Shown piece after piece: positions 36,812 to 44,918 of a stretch of DNA of 48,622 nucleotides. Every line of letters begins with the position of its first letter. Position 1 is the stretch's first letter. Location: positions 1-48,622 of the forward strand of contig JBCCMF010000001.1 of assembly GCA_039026435.1 (NCBI GenBank). The letters are read 5' to 3'. The translations under genes were made by a program, and so were the position numbers. The DNA comes from Bacteroidota bacterium. Lineage in GTDB: Bacteria > Bacteroidota > Rhodothermia > Rhodothermales > JBCCMF01. The notes under the pieces were generated by a model, which saw only the letters and a list, made by a program, of their open reading frames with translations, was not told where the DNA came from and did no database searches.

Positions 36812-38542
36812 CTACCACCGAAAGCGCAGGCCGCCCGTGATGACAAACGGCGTGATCGGGTAGACGTCGTAGACGTTGAGCGCGTCGATGCTGAGGTTGC
36901 CGGCCTGCAGGAGCACGGCCATCGTGGGCGTGATGAGGTACGACGCCTCTACGTCGAGGTCGAAGAAGTCGCCCACGCGGAAGGTCTCGGCGCGGTCGCG
37001 GTAGCGGCGGCCTTGGAACGTAGAGCCGATCTGAAGCAGGCCCCGCTGACGGTCGAACATGTACGACAGCTGCGCGCGCACCTCGAACGGCGAGACGTAG
37101 GGCACCACCGTGTCGCCCTCGGTCAGGCGTGCCCGGCGCAGCACCGTGCTGAGGCGCCCGTAGATCCCGCGTGGCAGCGCCGCCGACACCTCGGCCCCGC
37201 CGTGGACGATGCTGGCGCGCTCGTACCGCGCCGCGATAAGCCCGACGAGTTCTCGCTCACCTGCGCCACCTGCCTCGAAGAAGCGGTAGTTAGGCGCGAG
37301 TTGGTAGCCTACGAAGCCCTTGATCCGCAACGCGCCCACGAAGACATCGGCGCCTGCTTCGGCATCGACGGTGCGGACGGTGGCTTCTAGCCGAGGGCGC
37401 GGCACCACGTAGGGGTTGACCTCCGTCATCTCGCGGAAGCTGTGCAGCGTAGCCGAGGGCAGTGTCTGCACGTAGACGCGAACCCCTTGCTGCGGGTAGA
37501 ACAGCACCTGTGCAATGGGCGCAAAGTACGGCCGGGCCTCTTCCTCGCCCGAGACGCCACGCGCGGTGGAGCGATCCGTCATAAACCGCCCGCCGAGGTT
37601 GACTTCGGTCTGCGGTGTCGGCCGGAAGCGCAGCATGCTACCTACACTCAATCCGGCAAAGCTGTTGTCGGGGATGACATCGTCGAGGCTGCTCGTGGCG
37701 AACTCGGCATCGGCGATGAAGGCGTTGGTGCCAAACGGCAGCGTCAGCGCGCCGTCAAGCTCGAAGCGCTGCTCGTCGTAGCTGATGTCGCTGAGGCTTG
37801 AGACGGGTGGTGTCGCCGTATCAATGGACGTGCCGCCAAACGCCGCCCGCACGGCGTACTGCGTCAGGGCCGAGGGCAACGCCCGCACGTAGAACGCGCC
37901 ACCGCCTGTGTTGAGGGTGCGCGTGGGCTCTTCAACGATGATTCCGCCCGTGGGGTTGGCGCCAAACAGGTTGAGCGCATGGCTGCCGAAGTCGCCCTCG
38001 ACGCCCCAGATGGCCGCCGTAGCCGTCTGCTCGTAGCCGAGGCGCCCGAAGAAGCGGTCGTACTGGTTGCGGCGGTCGGCGAAGGGCTGGTCGCCGCGCT
38101 GGCCGCGGTAGTCGGCTTCCAGGTTGAGGCGTCCGGCGAGACCTACGGGCAGGCCGACGTTGGCGCTGCCGAAGCGGTGCAGGTACGTGCCGAGTCCGCC
38201 ATCCACGGTACCCGTGAACGGTATGCGGTTGGCCAGCGACGACACCTCGGGCGGCTCCGGTGGCTGGAGCGGGCTCGGCGGCAGGTCGATGCTCTCCTGC
38301 TTGTAGCGCTCGATGAACGGCCGCCGTCCGGCGGGTATCTCGGTGATGCGCGGCGGCGGGTTGAAGCCCACCAGCGGCTGCCTGCGCAGCGACGGTAGGC
38401 TGATTTCGAGCTGCCCGCGAATCTCGACCTCGCGCGGGGCGATGTCGGGCAGGGCGGTGCGAGTGGTGTCTTGCGCCATGACGGCCGGGGCGCCACTTAC
38501 GAGCACGGCGAGCAAGACGCTGAGGATCGTGCGCATCATCAT
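36812..38542 (-). CDS. Putative outer-membrane beta-barrel protein
   Basis: The likely start is ATG 38542 'MMMRTILSVLLAVLVSGAPAVMAQ' (signal). The sequence has an alternating beta-strand-like pattern and a C-terminal aromatic residue, '...GGLRFRW*'. The start overlaps the upstream TPR gene stop (ATGA). No specific family recognised. Confidence 0.55.
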   Translation of the reverse strand: MMMRTILSVLLAVLVSGAPAVMAQDTTRTALPDIAPREVEIRGQLEISLPSLRRQPLVGFNPPPRITEIPAGRRPFIERYKQESIDLPPSPLQPPEPPEVSSLANRIPFTGTVDGGLGTYLHRFGSANVGLPVGLAGRLNLEADYRGQRGDQPFADRRNQYDRFFGRLGYEQTATAAIWGVEGDFGSHALNLFGANPTGGIIVEEPTRTLNTGGGAFYVRALPSALTQYAVRAAFGGTSIDTATPPVSSLSDISYDEQRFELDGALTLPFGTNAFIADAEFATSSLDDVIPDNSFAGLSVGSMLRFRPTPQTEVNLGGRFMTDRSTARGVSGEEEARPYFAPIAQVLFYPQQGVRVYVQTLPSATLHSFREMTEVNPYVVPRPRLEATVRTVDAEAGADVFVGALRIKGFVGYQLAPNYRFFEAGGAGERELVGLIAARYERASIVHGGAEVSAALPRGIYGRLSTVLRRARLTEGDTVVPYVSPFEVRAQLSYMFDRQRGLLQIGSTFQGRRYRDRAETFRVGDFFDLDVEASYLITPTMAVLLQAGNLSIDALNVYDVYPITPFVITGGLRFRW

Positions 38543-41500
38543 AGGTTCGCTTTCTCTTGCGTGGCGGTGTCGGCGTAGGGCGTGCCGCTGAATTCGTTCT
38601 CCACCTTCTCGTAGATGCGCTTGGCCTCGCCCGAGCGGCCCATCTGCACGAAGGCGCGGGCTTGCCCGAGGTAGCTCTGCGCGTTCCACTCGTAGAAGCT
38701 GCCGAACAGCGTGGCCATGCGGCTCCACGTCTCCACGGCGCCACTCGGGTTACCCGAGCGCAGCAACAGGTCGCCCAGGCGGTAGAGCGCTTCGGCGCCC
38801 TCGTCGTTGCGGTTGTTCTGCGCAATCGTCCGGTACAGCCGCGCCGCCTCGGTCGCCTCGCCCTGCCGTTCCTTGATGCGTGCCAAGCCTAGCACGGCGG
38901 GTGCCGTCTCGGGCGCATCTGGCGCGCGGTCGATGGCGTCTTGCAGGAGCCGCTCGGCCTCGTCGTTGCGGCCTTGCTGCATCAGCGCCAAGCCCTGGCC
39001 GTAGCGCGCCTGCGCAATGAGCAAGCCGTCCTCACCCGCCAGCGTCTCCATCTGCTGATACGCCTCCAGCGCCCGACGAGCATCGCCGCTGTCTAGGCTC
39101 ATGGCCCCCACGCGCCGCGCGGCCTCGGGCGCTCGTGGGCTCCCCTGGTAGGAGCGCAGCAGCTGGCGGAAGTACGAGGTCGCCTCCTGTTTTTGGTCGC
39201 GCTCCTCGAAGATCGAGCCCATGTAGAAGTACGCCTCGGGCAAGAGCGACGCATCGCCCGAGGAGCGGATGAACTGCTGGAGCGAGGCCAGCGCAGCATC
39301 CAACTGCCCCGTCTGGTACTGCACCTCGGCCTGGCGGAAGCGCAGCTGGTCCACGATGGGCGAGTCGGGGTTGGCGGTGGCGAACGAGTCGATGATGGCG
39401 GTGGTGCGCGCCTCGTCGTCCAAGATGATGAGTGCGTTCTGCATGCCCGTGATGGCGTCGGCCACGAAGGGGCTGCGCGGGAAGCGGTTGAGCACGCGCT
39501 GGTACGCCGTCACCGACGCATCGTACTGCCCCGCGTTGTACAGCGCATCGCCGATGCCGTACTGCGCCTTGGCGGCCAATCCGTCCTGCGGGTAGCGGCG
39601 GATGAGGTCTTCGTACGTCTCGACGGCTTGATCGAAGTCCTGGTTCTGGAAGTAGATGTAGCCGAGCTGGTACTGCGCCTCCTGCCGCCACTCGCTCCCT
39701 GGAAACTCCTCGAACAGGGTGCGGAACGTGGTGATGGCCGCCACGGCATCGCCCGCGTTGTAGTAGGCCTGTCCTGTCTGGTAGAGCGCGTAGTCGCCGC
39801 CCTGATTGCCCACGCGTTGGTACATGCGGATGGCGCGCGGATACTGCTTCAGCGCATAGTGGCTGTCGGCGATGCGGAGTTGGGCGTCGGTGCGGTACGG
39901 GACGTACTCGTTGCGCTCGTTGTAGGTGTCGAGGAAGCGGGTGAACTGGCGGATGGCGGTGTCGTAGCGGCTCTCGCGGAAGGCGACCCAGCCCAGCGCG
40001 TAGTGCGCGGCCGTCCGCTGCGCGCCGTCGGTGTAGGTGCGGAGGTACTCCGTGAACAGCCGCTCGGCGAGGTCCAGCTTGTCGAGCTGGTAGTAGCTCT
40101 CGGCGGCCCAGAACAGCGCGTCGGCGGCCTTGCGGGCGTTGGGCGACGCGCGGTGGAGGTTCTGAAACTCGGGCGCCGCCGCTACAAAGTCCTGGTTGCG
40201 GTACAGCAGCCACGCCTTCTGGAACGTGACCTCGTCCCGCAGCTCCTGCGGCGCCGCGTCCAAGTTGATGGCCCGGTCGAAGCTCTCAAACGCCGCGTCG
40301 AAGTCGCCGATGGCGATGTAGGTGTCGCCTTGGAGGCGGAGCGCTTCGCCCACGAACGGCGAGGTGCGGTAGGTGCGGACGAGCTGCGTGAACGCCTCGT
40401 TGGCCTCGCGCCAGCGCCGCAGCTCGTACAGCGTCACGCCCGCTTCGAACTGGGCCTCATCGGCCAAGACACCCTCGGGCCAGCCTTGCACCGCGCCTTG
40501 GAACAGGCCGAGTGCGGTTTGCAATTCGCCCGTGATCTTGCGGTTGACGCCTTCGTAGTACATCGCCTTGTGGGCCAGCTCGTCGGTCTCGTTCGGGTAG
40601 ACCTTCGCGAACTCGACGGCGGCCAGCTGATGCGCCTCGGCGTAGTAGTAATTCCAGGCGAGGCCGTAGAGGGCGCGGCGGTAGTACGGGCTGTTGGGGT
40701 TGCCTTCGGTGAAGCGACGATACTGGATGATGGCGTCGTCGGTGATGCGCAGCTGGTTGTACGACTCGGCCAGCAGGAACGTGGCCCGCTCGCGCCCGTC
40801 GGTGCCCAGCGTGGGCATGCGGCGGTTGATCTCCTCCACGGCGCGGCGGTAGTCGGCCAGCTCGTAGTAGACCTCGGCCAGCGCCAGCCCGATGTTGCGG
40901 GCATAGGGCGAGTCGGGGTAGCGGCTGGCGAGCACCTCGAACGAGCGCGCCGCGTCGTTATACCTGCCGAGGCGCACCTCGGTGAAGTCGATGGCGTACT
41001 GGGCCACGTCGGCGGTGGGCGCATAGCGGTAGTCGTTGGCCGCGCGCGTGAAGTAGCGCAGCGCCTCATCCGTCTGGTCCAGCAGCAGCGCCGACTCGCC
41101 CATCCAGTACAGCGCTTTCGCGGCGAGGTCGTAGGGCGGATCGTTCGCGAGCACCTCGTTCAACGTGGCGATGGCCTGCTGGGGCTGCTGCGTCTCGTAG
41201 AAATACTTGCCGAGGGCCAGCCGCGCCTCGAACGCGAGCGGATGTACCGGAAACTCGCGCTGGAACTGCCGGAAGAGCCGCACGGCAGCATCCGAGTCGC
41301 CTAGCGCGAGCGTGGCGTCGGCTTGGTAATAGAGCGCTTCGGCGGCGCTGGGGTGCTGCGGGTGATCGGTGCGGAAGGTGGCGAAGGCGTGGGCCGCCTG
41401 CGCGTAGACCTGCGTGGCGTACAACGTGTACGCATCGGCAAAGGCCTGCTCCGGCGTGGGATCCATCGCTTGCGCCCAAGCCCGTGTGGGCAGGCTGAGC

Positions 41501-41559
41501 GCCCCCAACAGCAAGAGTCCGATGAAGCAGCCCCGCACCGTGGACGAGACGTGTGGCAT
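38539..41559 (-). CDS. Large periplasmic TPR-repeat protein (multiple YbgF/CpoB-like modules)
   Basis: The likely start is ATG 41559 'MPHVSSTVRGCFIGLLLLGALSLPTRAWAQ' (signal). About 1006 aa of repeated TPR-like units (for example 'AEALYYQADATLALGD', 'PEAYFYMGSIFEERDQKQEA', 'AQSYLGQARAFVQMGRSGEAKRIY'). Confidence 0.8.
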   Translation of the reverse strand: MPHVSSTVRGCFIGLLLLGALSLPTRAWAQAMDPTPEQAFADAYTLYATQVYAQAAHAFATFRTDHPQHPSAAEALYYQADATLALGDSDAAVRLFRQFQREFPVHPLAFEARLALGKYFYETQQPQQAIATLNEVLANDPPYDLAAKALYWMGESALLLDQTDEALRYFTRAANDYRYAPTADVAQYAIDFTEVRLGRYNDAARSFEVLASRYPDSPYARNIGLALAEVYYELADYRRAVEEINRRMPTLGTDGRERATFLLAESYNQLRITDDAIIQYRRFTEGNPNSPYYRRALYGLAWNYYYAEAHQLAAVEFAKVYPNETDELAHKAMYYEGVNRKITGELQTALGLFQGAVQGWPEGVLADEAQFEAGVTLYELRRWREANEAFTQLVRTYRTSPFVGEALRLQGDTYIAIGDFDAAFESFDRAINLDAAPQELRDEVTFQKAWLLYRNQDFVAAAPEFQNLHRASPNARKAADALFWAAESYYQLDKLDLAERLFTEYLRTYTDGAQRTAAHYALGWVAFRESRYDTAIRQFTRFLDTYNERNEYVPYRTDAQLRIADSHYALKQYPRAIRMYQRVGNQGGDYALYQTGQAYYNAGDAVAAITTFRTLFEEFPGSEWRQEAQYQLGYIYFQNQDFDQAVETYEDLIRRYPQDGLAAKAQYGIGDALYNAGQYDASVTAYQRVLNRFPRSPFVADAITGMQNALIILDDEARTTAIIDSFATANPDSPIVDQLRFRQAEVQYQTGQLDAALASLQQFIRSSGDASLLPEAYFYMGSIFEERDQKQEATSYFRQLLRSYQGSPRAPEAARRVGAMSLDSGDARRALEAYQQMETLAGEDGLLIAQARYGQGLALMQQGRNDEAERLLQDAIDRAPDAPETAPAVLGLARIKERQGEATEAARLYRTIAQNNRNDEGAEALYRLGDLLLRSGNPSGAVETWSRMATLFGSFYEWNAQSYLGQARAFVQMGRSGEAKRIYEKVENEFSGTPYADTATQEKANL

Positions 41560-41643
41560 ACTGACTACCGTCGATAAGTCGTGTTCGGCGAGCGGCGAAC
41601 GTTGGGGGCGTTCACTCCGTTCAACGTCTGACGTGGCGCAATC

Positions 41644-41883
41644 GTGTCCACCAGATTTCAGACGCCTCAGCAAGATACAACAGGAAGCCCTCTGCTGCCC
41701 ATGAACTCCCCGCAGAACCCCGAGCCCGCTGCACCGACGGGCGCCCACCTCGCCGACCATCCGCTGGCATCCTTCCAAGACCGCCTGGCGGACCTCCACG
41801 ACTGGGTGACGGCCAACGACCGCACGGCGATGCTCGGTACGTTCTGTGCGGGCGTGTTGATTGGCGTGCTGCTGCGGCGCTGA
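41644..41883 (+). CDS. Small hypothetical tail-anchored membrane protein (DUF883/ElaB-like C-terminus?)
   Basis: 79 aa, with an alternative start at Met20 (41701). The C-terminal 'AMLGTFCAGVLIGVLLRR*' resembles the ElaB/YqjD tail anchor. Evidence is weak. Confidence 0.35.
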   Translation: MSTRFQTPQQDTTGSPLLPMNSPQNPEPAAPTGAHLADHPLASFQDRLADLHDWVTANDRTAMLGTFCAGVLIGVLLRR

Positions 41884-41991
41884 GCGCGTGGAAGGGGTCT
41901 CTCAGGCGCATCTTCACAGCATCTCACCGTGAAGGAACCGTGACGCGCCCTATCTTCGGCGGGTTTGACCTCAAAAACGCCTGTTTTCGGC

Positions 41992-42915
41992 ATGAGTATC
42001 CTCGCCATCGGCACCGTCGCCTTCGACTCCATCGAAACGCCCTTCGGCTCGGCCGACTACATCCTGGGCGGCAGCGCCACCTACATCACGCTCGCGGCGC
42101 GCTACTTCACGGACGACCTCGGCCTCGTCGGCGTGGTGGGCGGCGACTTCCCCGAGGCGCACCTCAACCTGTTTCGCGCGCGCGGCATCGGGCTCGAAGG
42201 GCTGGAGATCGATGCCGACGGCAAGACGTTCTTCTGGGCGGGCAAGTACCACTACGACCTCAACGACCGCGACACCCTCACCACCGACCTCAACGTGCTG
42301 GCCACGTTCGAGCCCAAGGTGCCCGATGCCCGCAAGGACGCCCGCATCGTGTGCCTCGGCAACCTGGAGCCCGGCATCCAGCGCAGCGTCGTAGCCCAAG
42401 CCGCTGATCCCGACTTCGTCATCTGCGACACGATGAACTTCTGGATCGAAAACACGCCGAACAGCCTCGTGGAGACGCTCAAGGTCATCGACTGCCTCAT
42501 CATCAACGACGCCGAGGCGCGCGAGCTGGCGGATGAACCCAACCTGTTCAAGGCTGCCCGCGCAATTCAAGCGATGGGACCGCGTATCCTGGTCATCAAG
42601 AAGGGCGAGCACGGCGCACTGCTCTTTGCCGAGGGCGAGATCTTCGCCGTCCCGGCCTACCCGCTCGAAGACATCTTCGACCCGACGGGCGCGGGCGACA
42701 CGTTCATGGGCGGCTTCGCAGGCTACCTGGCGCGCGTGCAGCGCTACGACGTGGCCGCCCTGCGTAGCGCTGTGGTCGTGGGCAGCGCAATGGCGTCGTT
42801 CTGCGTCGAGAAGTTCGGCCCCGAGCGGCTCTACGACCTCGACAAACAAGCCATTAACGACCGCATCCAAGCCTTCCACACCCTCACGGTGATTCCGTCT
42901 GTTGAGGCGCTGTAG
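41992..42915 (+). CDS. PfkB-family carbohydrate kinase
   Basis: The likely start is ATG 41992 'MSILAIGTVAFDSIETPFG'. 'ILGGSATY' and 'DPTGAGDTFMGGFAGYL' are the ribokinase/PfkB signatures. Confidence 0.85.
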   Translation: MSILAIGTVAFDSIETPFGSADYILGGSATYITLAARYFTDDLGLVGVVGGDFPEAHLNLFRARGIGLEGLEIDADGKTFFWAGKYHYDLNDRDTLTTDLNVLATFEPKVPDARKDARIVCLGNLEPGIQRSVVAQAADPDFVICDTMNFWIENTPNSLVETLKVIDCLIINDAEARELADEPNLFKAARAIQAMGPRILVIKKGEHGALLFAEGEIFAVPAYPLEDIFDPTGAGDTFMGGFAGYLARVQRYDVAALRSAVVVGSAMASFCVEKFGPERLYDLDKQAINDRIQAFHTLTVIPSVEAL

Positions 42916-42940
42916 CGCGCAACAGCAAGCTCTTCATAGG

Positions 42941-43044
42941 TGTCATCCCGAGCGAAAGTCGAAGACTGTAGTCGAGGGATCTCCCACGTTGAGGTAGTGC
43001 AATACGAGTATCGGGGGAGATCCCTCGGCTGCGCTCGGGATGAC
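42941..43044. repeat. Full-length 104-nt palindromic (REP/MITE-like) element of the TGTCATCCC...GGGATGACA family
   Basis: 'tgtcatcccgagcg...cgagggatctccc' pairs with 'gggagatccctcg...cgctcgggatgaca'. This gives a 14-bp basal stem, an asymmetric internal loop, a 13-bp distal stem and a loop of about 29 nt. It sits between the convergent pfkB-like and S41 genes, so it could act as a bidirectional terminator. Confidence 0.8.
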
Positions 43045-43090
43045 AAACGGGAAAGCCGCGCTGCATTCCAACCGGCCACAGCGGGCGTGA

Positions 43091-44674
43091 TTATTCGCCC
43101 CTAGCCTTGGCGATGAGCGCCATCGCGGCGGCGCGCTCGGGGTCGTGCACTTCGATCACGTCGCTGACTTGCTGTTCAACCATGACATCCGGCATCACAC
43201 CCTCATCGGCAGGCATCGCGCCGACGGGGAAGTAGGCGATCAGCGGGATGTCTACTTCGATGCCGGCGTGGGGCAGGTGGAGGTTCACGTACTGGCCGCC
43301 GTTGATGCCACGCTTGTTGCCGCCCGTCTCTTGGCCGATCACCGTAGCCACGCCTGCGTCTTGCAGCGCCGTGGTCAGCGCGAAGGTGGCCGAGCTGTTG
43401 GAGGCGCCGACGAGCAGGTAGACGCTGCCTGCGTAGGCGTCGGGGTTGGCGCGGAGGGTGCGGCCTGCTTCGGAGCCGCCGCGCAGGCGGAAGTAGCCCT
43501 TGCCCGTGTCTTCCACCATGTTGCGCACGTCCAGCAGCGCCTCGTTCCACAGGGTGACGTGCGGCCGCAGCGCCTCGGGCATGACGTCGTACTGCGCGCG
43601 CTGCTCCACGGGCGCCAGGTGCAGTGGCTGCGAGGCCAGCGCCATCATCAGCATGTTGTTGACATCGTTGTCGCCGCCTTCGTTGCCGCGCAGGTCGATG
43701 ACCAGGTGCTCTACCTCGTGCTCGCGCAGCTGCGTGAACGCGTCGCGCAGAAACGCCCTCCAGTCCATCTCCAGCCGCCACGTGACGAACGTGCCGATCT
43801 GCAGGTACGCCGCGCCATCGCCCAGCAGGTCGAACTGCCACAGGTCATTGTAGGTGGTGGGCGCTTCGCCGTGCTGCGCGCTGTACCGCTCGCCGCGCTC
43901 GGTACGCGTAATGGCTTCAACGGCGACCGTCTCCGCATCGGCAGCGCCGGGGCGCTGGACCCTGAGCGTGTACTGCCCGTCGGTGGCGGGGAAGCGCAGC
44001 GGGAAGTAGATGTCGAACGCTTCGAATGTGCCGAACCCCGTCACCTGTAGGTTGTCGATGCGCTTGCCGTCGTTCGAGCCATCGGCCTTGACGTAGGTCG
44101 TCAGCGTTTCGATCAGCTCCGGCACCGGACGACCGTCGATGGCGGTGACTTCGGTGCCTACGGGAAGTCCCGCCGCTTCGTCCACGGACCAGGTGACGAC
44201 CATACGCTCGTCGATGAGGCGGAAGGCGAAGGGCAGCGTGCGGGCCGGGGCGAACAGCTCGGCTTGTAGCTCGTCGCTTTGGTTCCAGAAGTTGGCGTAG
44301 GTGTGGCCGCACTTGATCGTCGCCAGGAACTGCGAGAGGGCGAGGTAGGCGGCGCCGAGCGTCTCGGCCGTAGACCATGCGCCAGCGAGGTCGCCCATCG
44401 CCTGATCAAGCGAGGCCTCGGTGTGGTAGCGGTAGAGGCCGGGGTGGAGTTGGGTGAGGGCGCTGCGGAGCACATTGAGGTCGGCCCGTTGCTGCTCAGC
44501 GGTGAGGAAAGCTGCATCTGACGAGACGTGTGGAGCTATTGCCGACGAGGCGGGCGCGGCGCTGGCCAACACGGCGTCTTGGGCGAGCGAAGCGGGCGCC
44601 AGAAGCACGGCGCAGAGTGCGAATGCAGCAGTGGCACGCATCAGGGAGGTCACAAATCGGGGCATGGTGGACAT
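43091..44674 (-). CDS. S41-family (tail-specific protease-like) serine peptidase
   Basis: 527 aa with a signal peptide. 'VIDLRGNEGGD' and 'VYLLVGASNSSATFALTTALQDAGVATVIGQETGG' fit the S41 catalytic region. Confidence 0.8.
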   Translation of the reverse strand: MSTMPRFVTSLMRATAAFALCAVLLAPASLAQDAVLASAAPASSAIAPHVSSDAAFLTAEQQRADLNVLRSALTQLHPGLYRYHTEASLDQAMGDLAGAWSTAETLGAAYLALSQFLATIKCGHTYANFWNQSDELQAELFAPARTLPFAFRLIDERMVVTWSVDEAAGLPVGTEVTAIDGRPVPELIETLTTYVKADGSNDGKRIDNLQVTGFGTFEAFDIYFPLRFPATDGQYTLRVQRPGAADAETVAVEAITRTERGERYSAQHGEAPTTYNDLWQFDLLGDGAAYLQIGTFVTWRLEMDWRAFLRDAFTQLREHEVEHLVIDLRGNEGGDNDVNNMLMMALASQPLHLAPVEQRAQYDVMPEALRPHVTLWNEALLDVRNMVEDTGKGYFRLRGGSEAGRTLRANPDAYAGSVYLLVGASNSSATFALTTALQDAGVATVIGQETGGNKRGINGGQYVNLHLPHAGIEVDIPLIAYFPVGAMPADEGVMPDVMVEQQVSDVIEVHDPERAAAMALIAKARGE

Positions 44675-44918
44675 CGGTGTGGGTTAAGAAGAACACCCTG
44701 ACCTCTTTCAACCGCTGTGCCAATCGGCTATTTCAGATCAAAAACGGCGTTTTCCAACAATCCGATGTACAGCGCTGGACGAGCAGTGCCCGCTCCCGAA
44801 CAGCGCGTGCGCAGTGTTACACATCGGACACAAATGGTGCAAAAACCTGACATTCACACGTTTTGCTGTTCCTCATCCGTTATCTTGCGTGCCCCATTCA
44901 AGCAACTCACACACGGTT

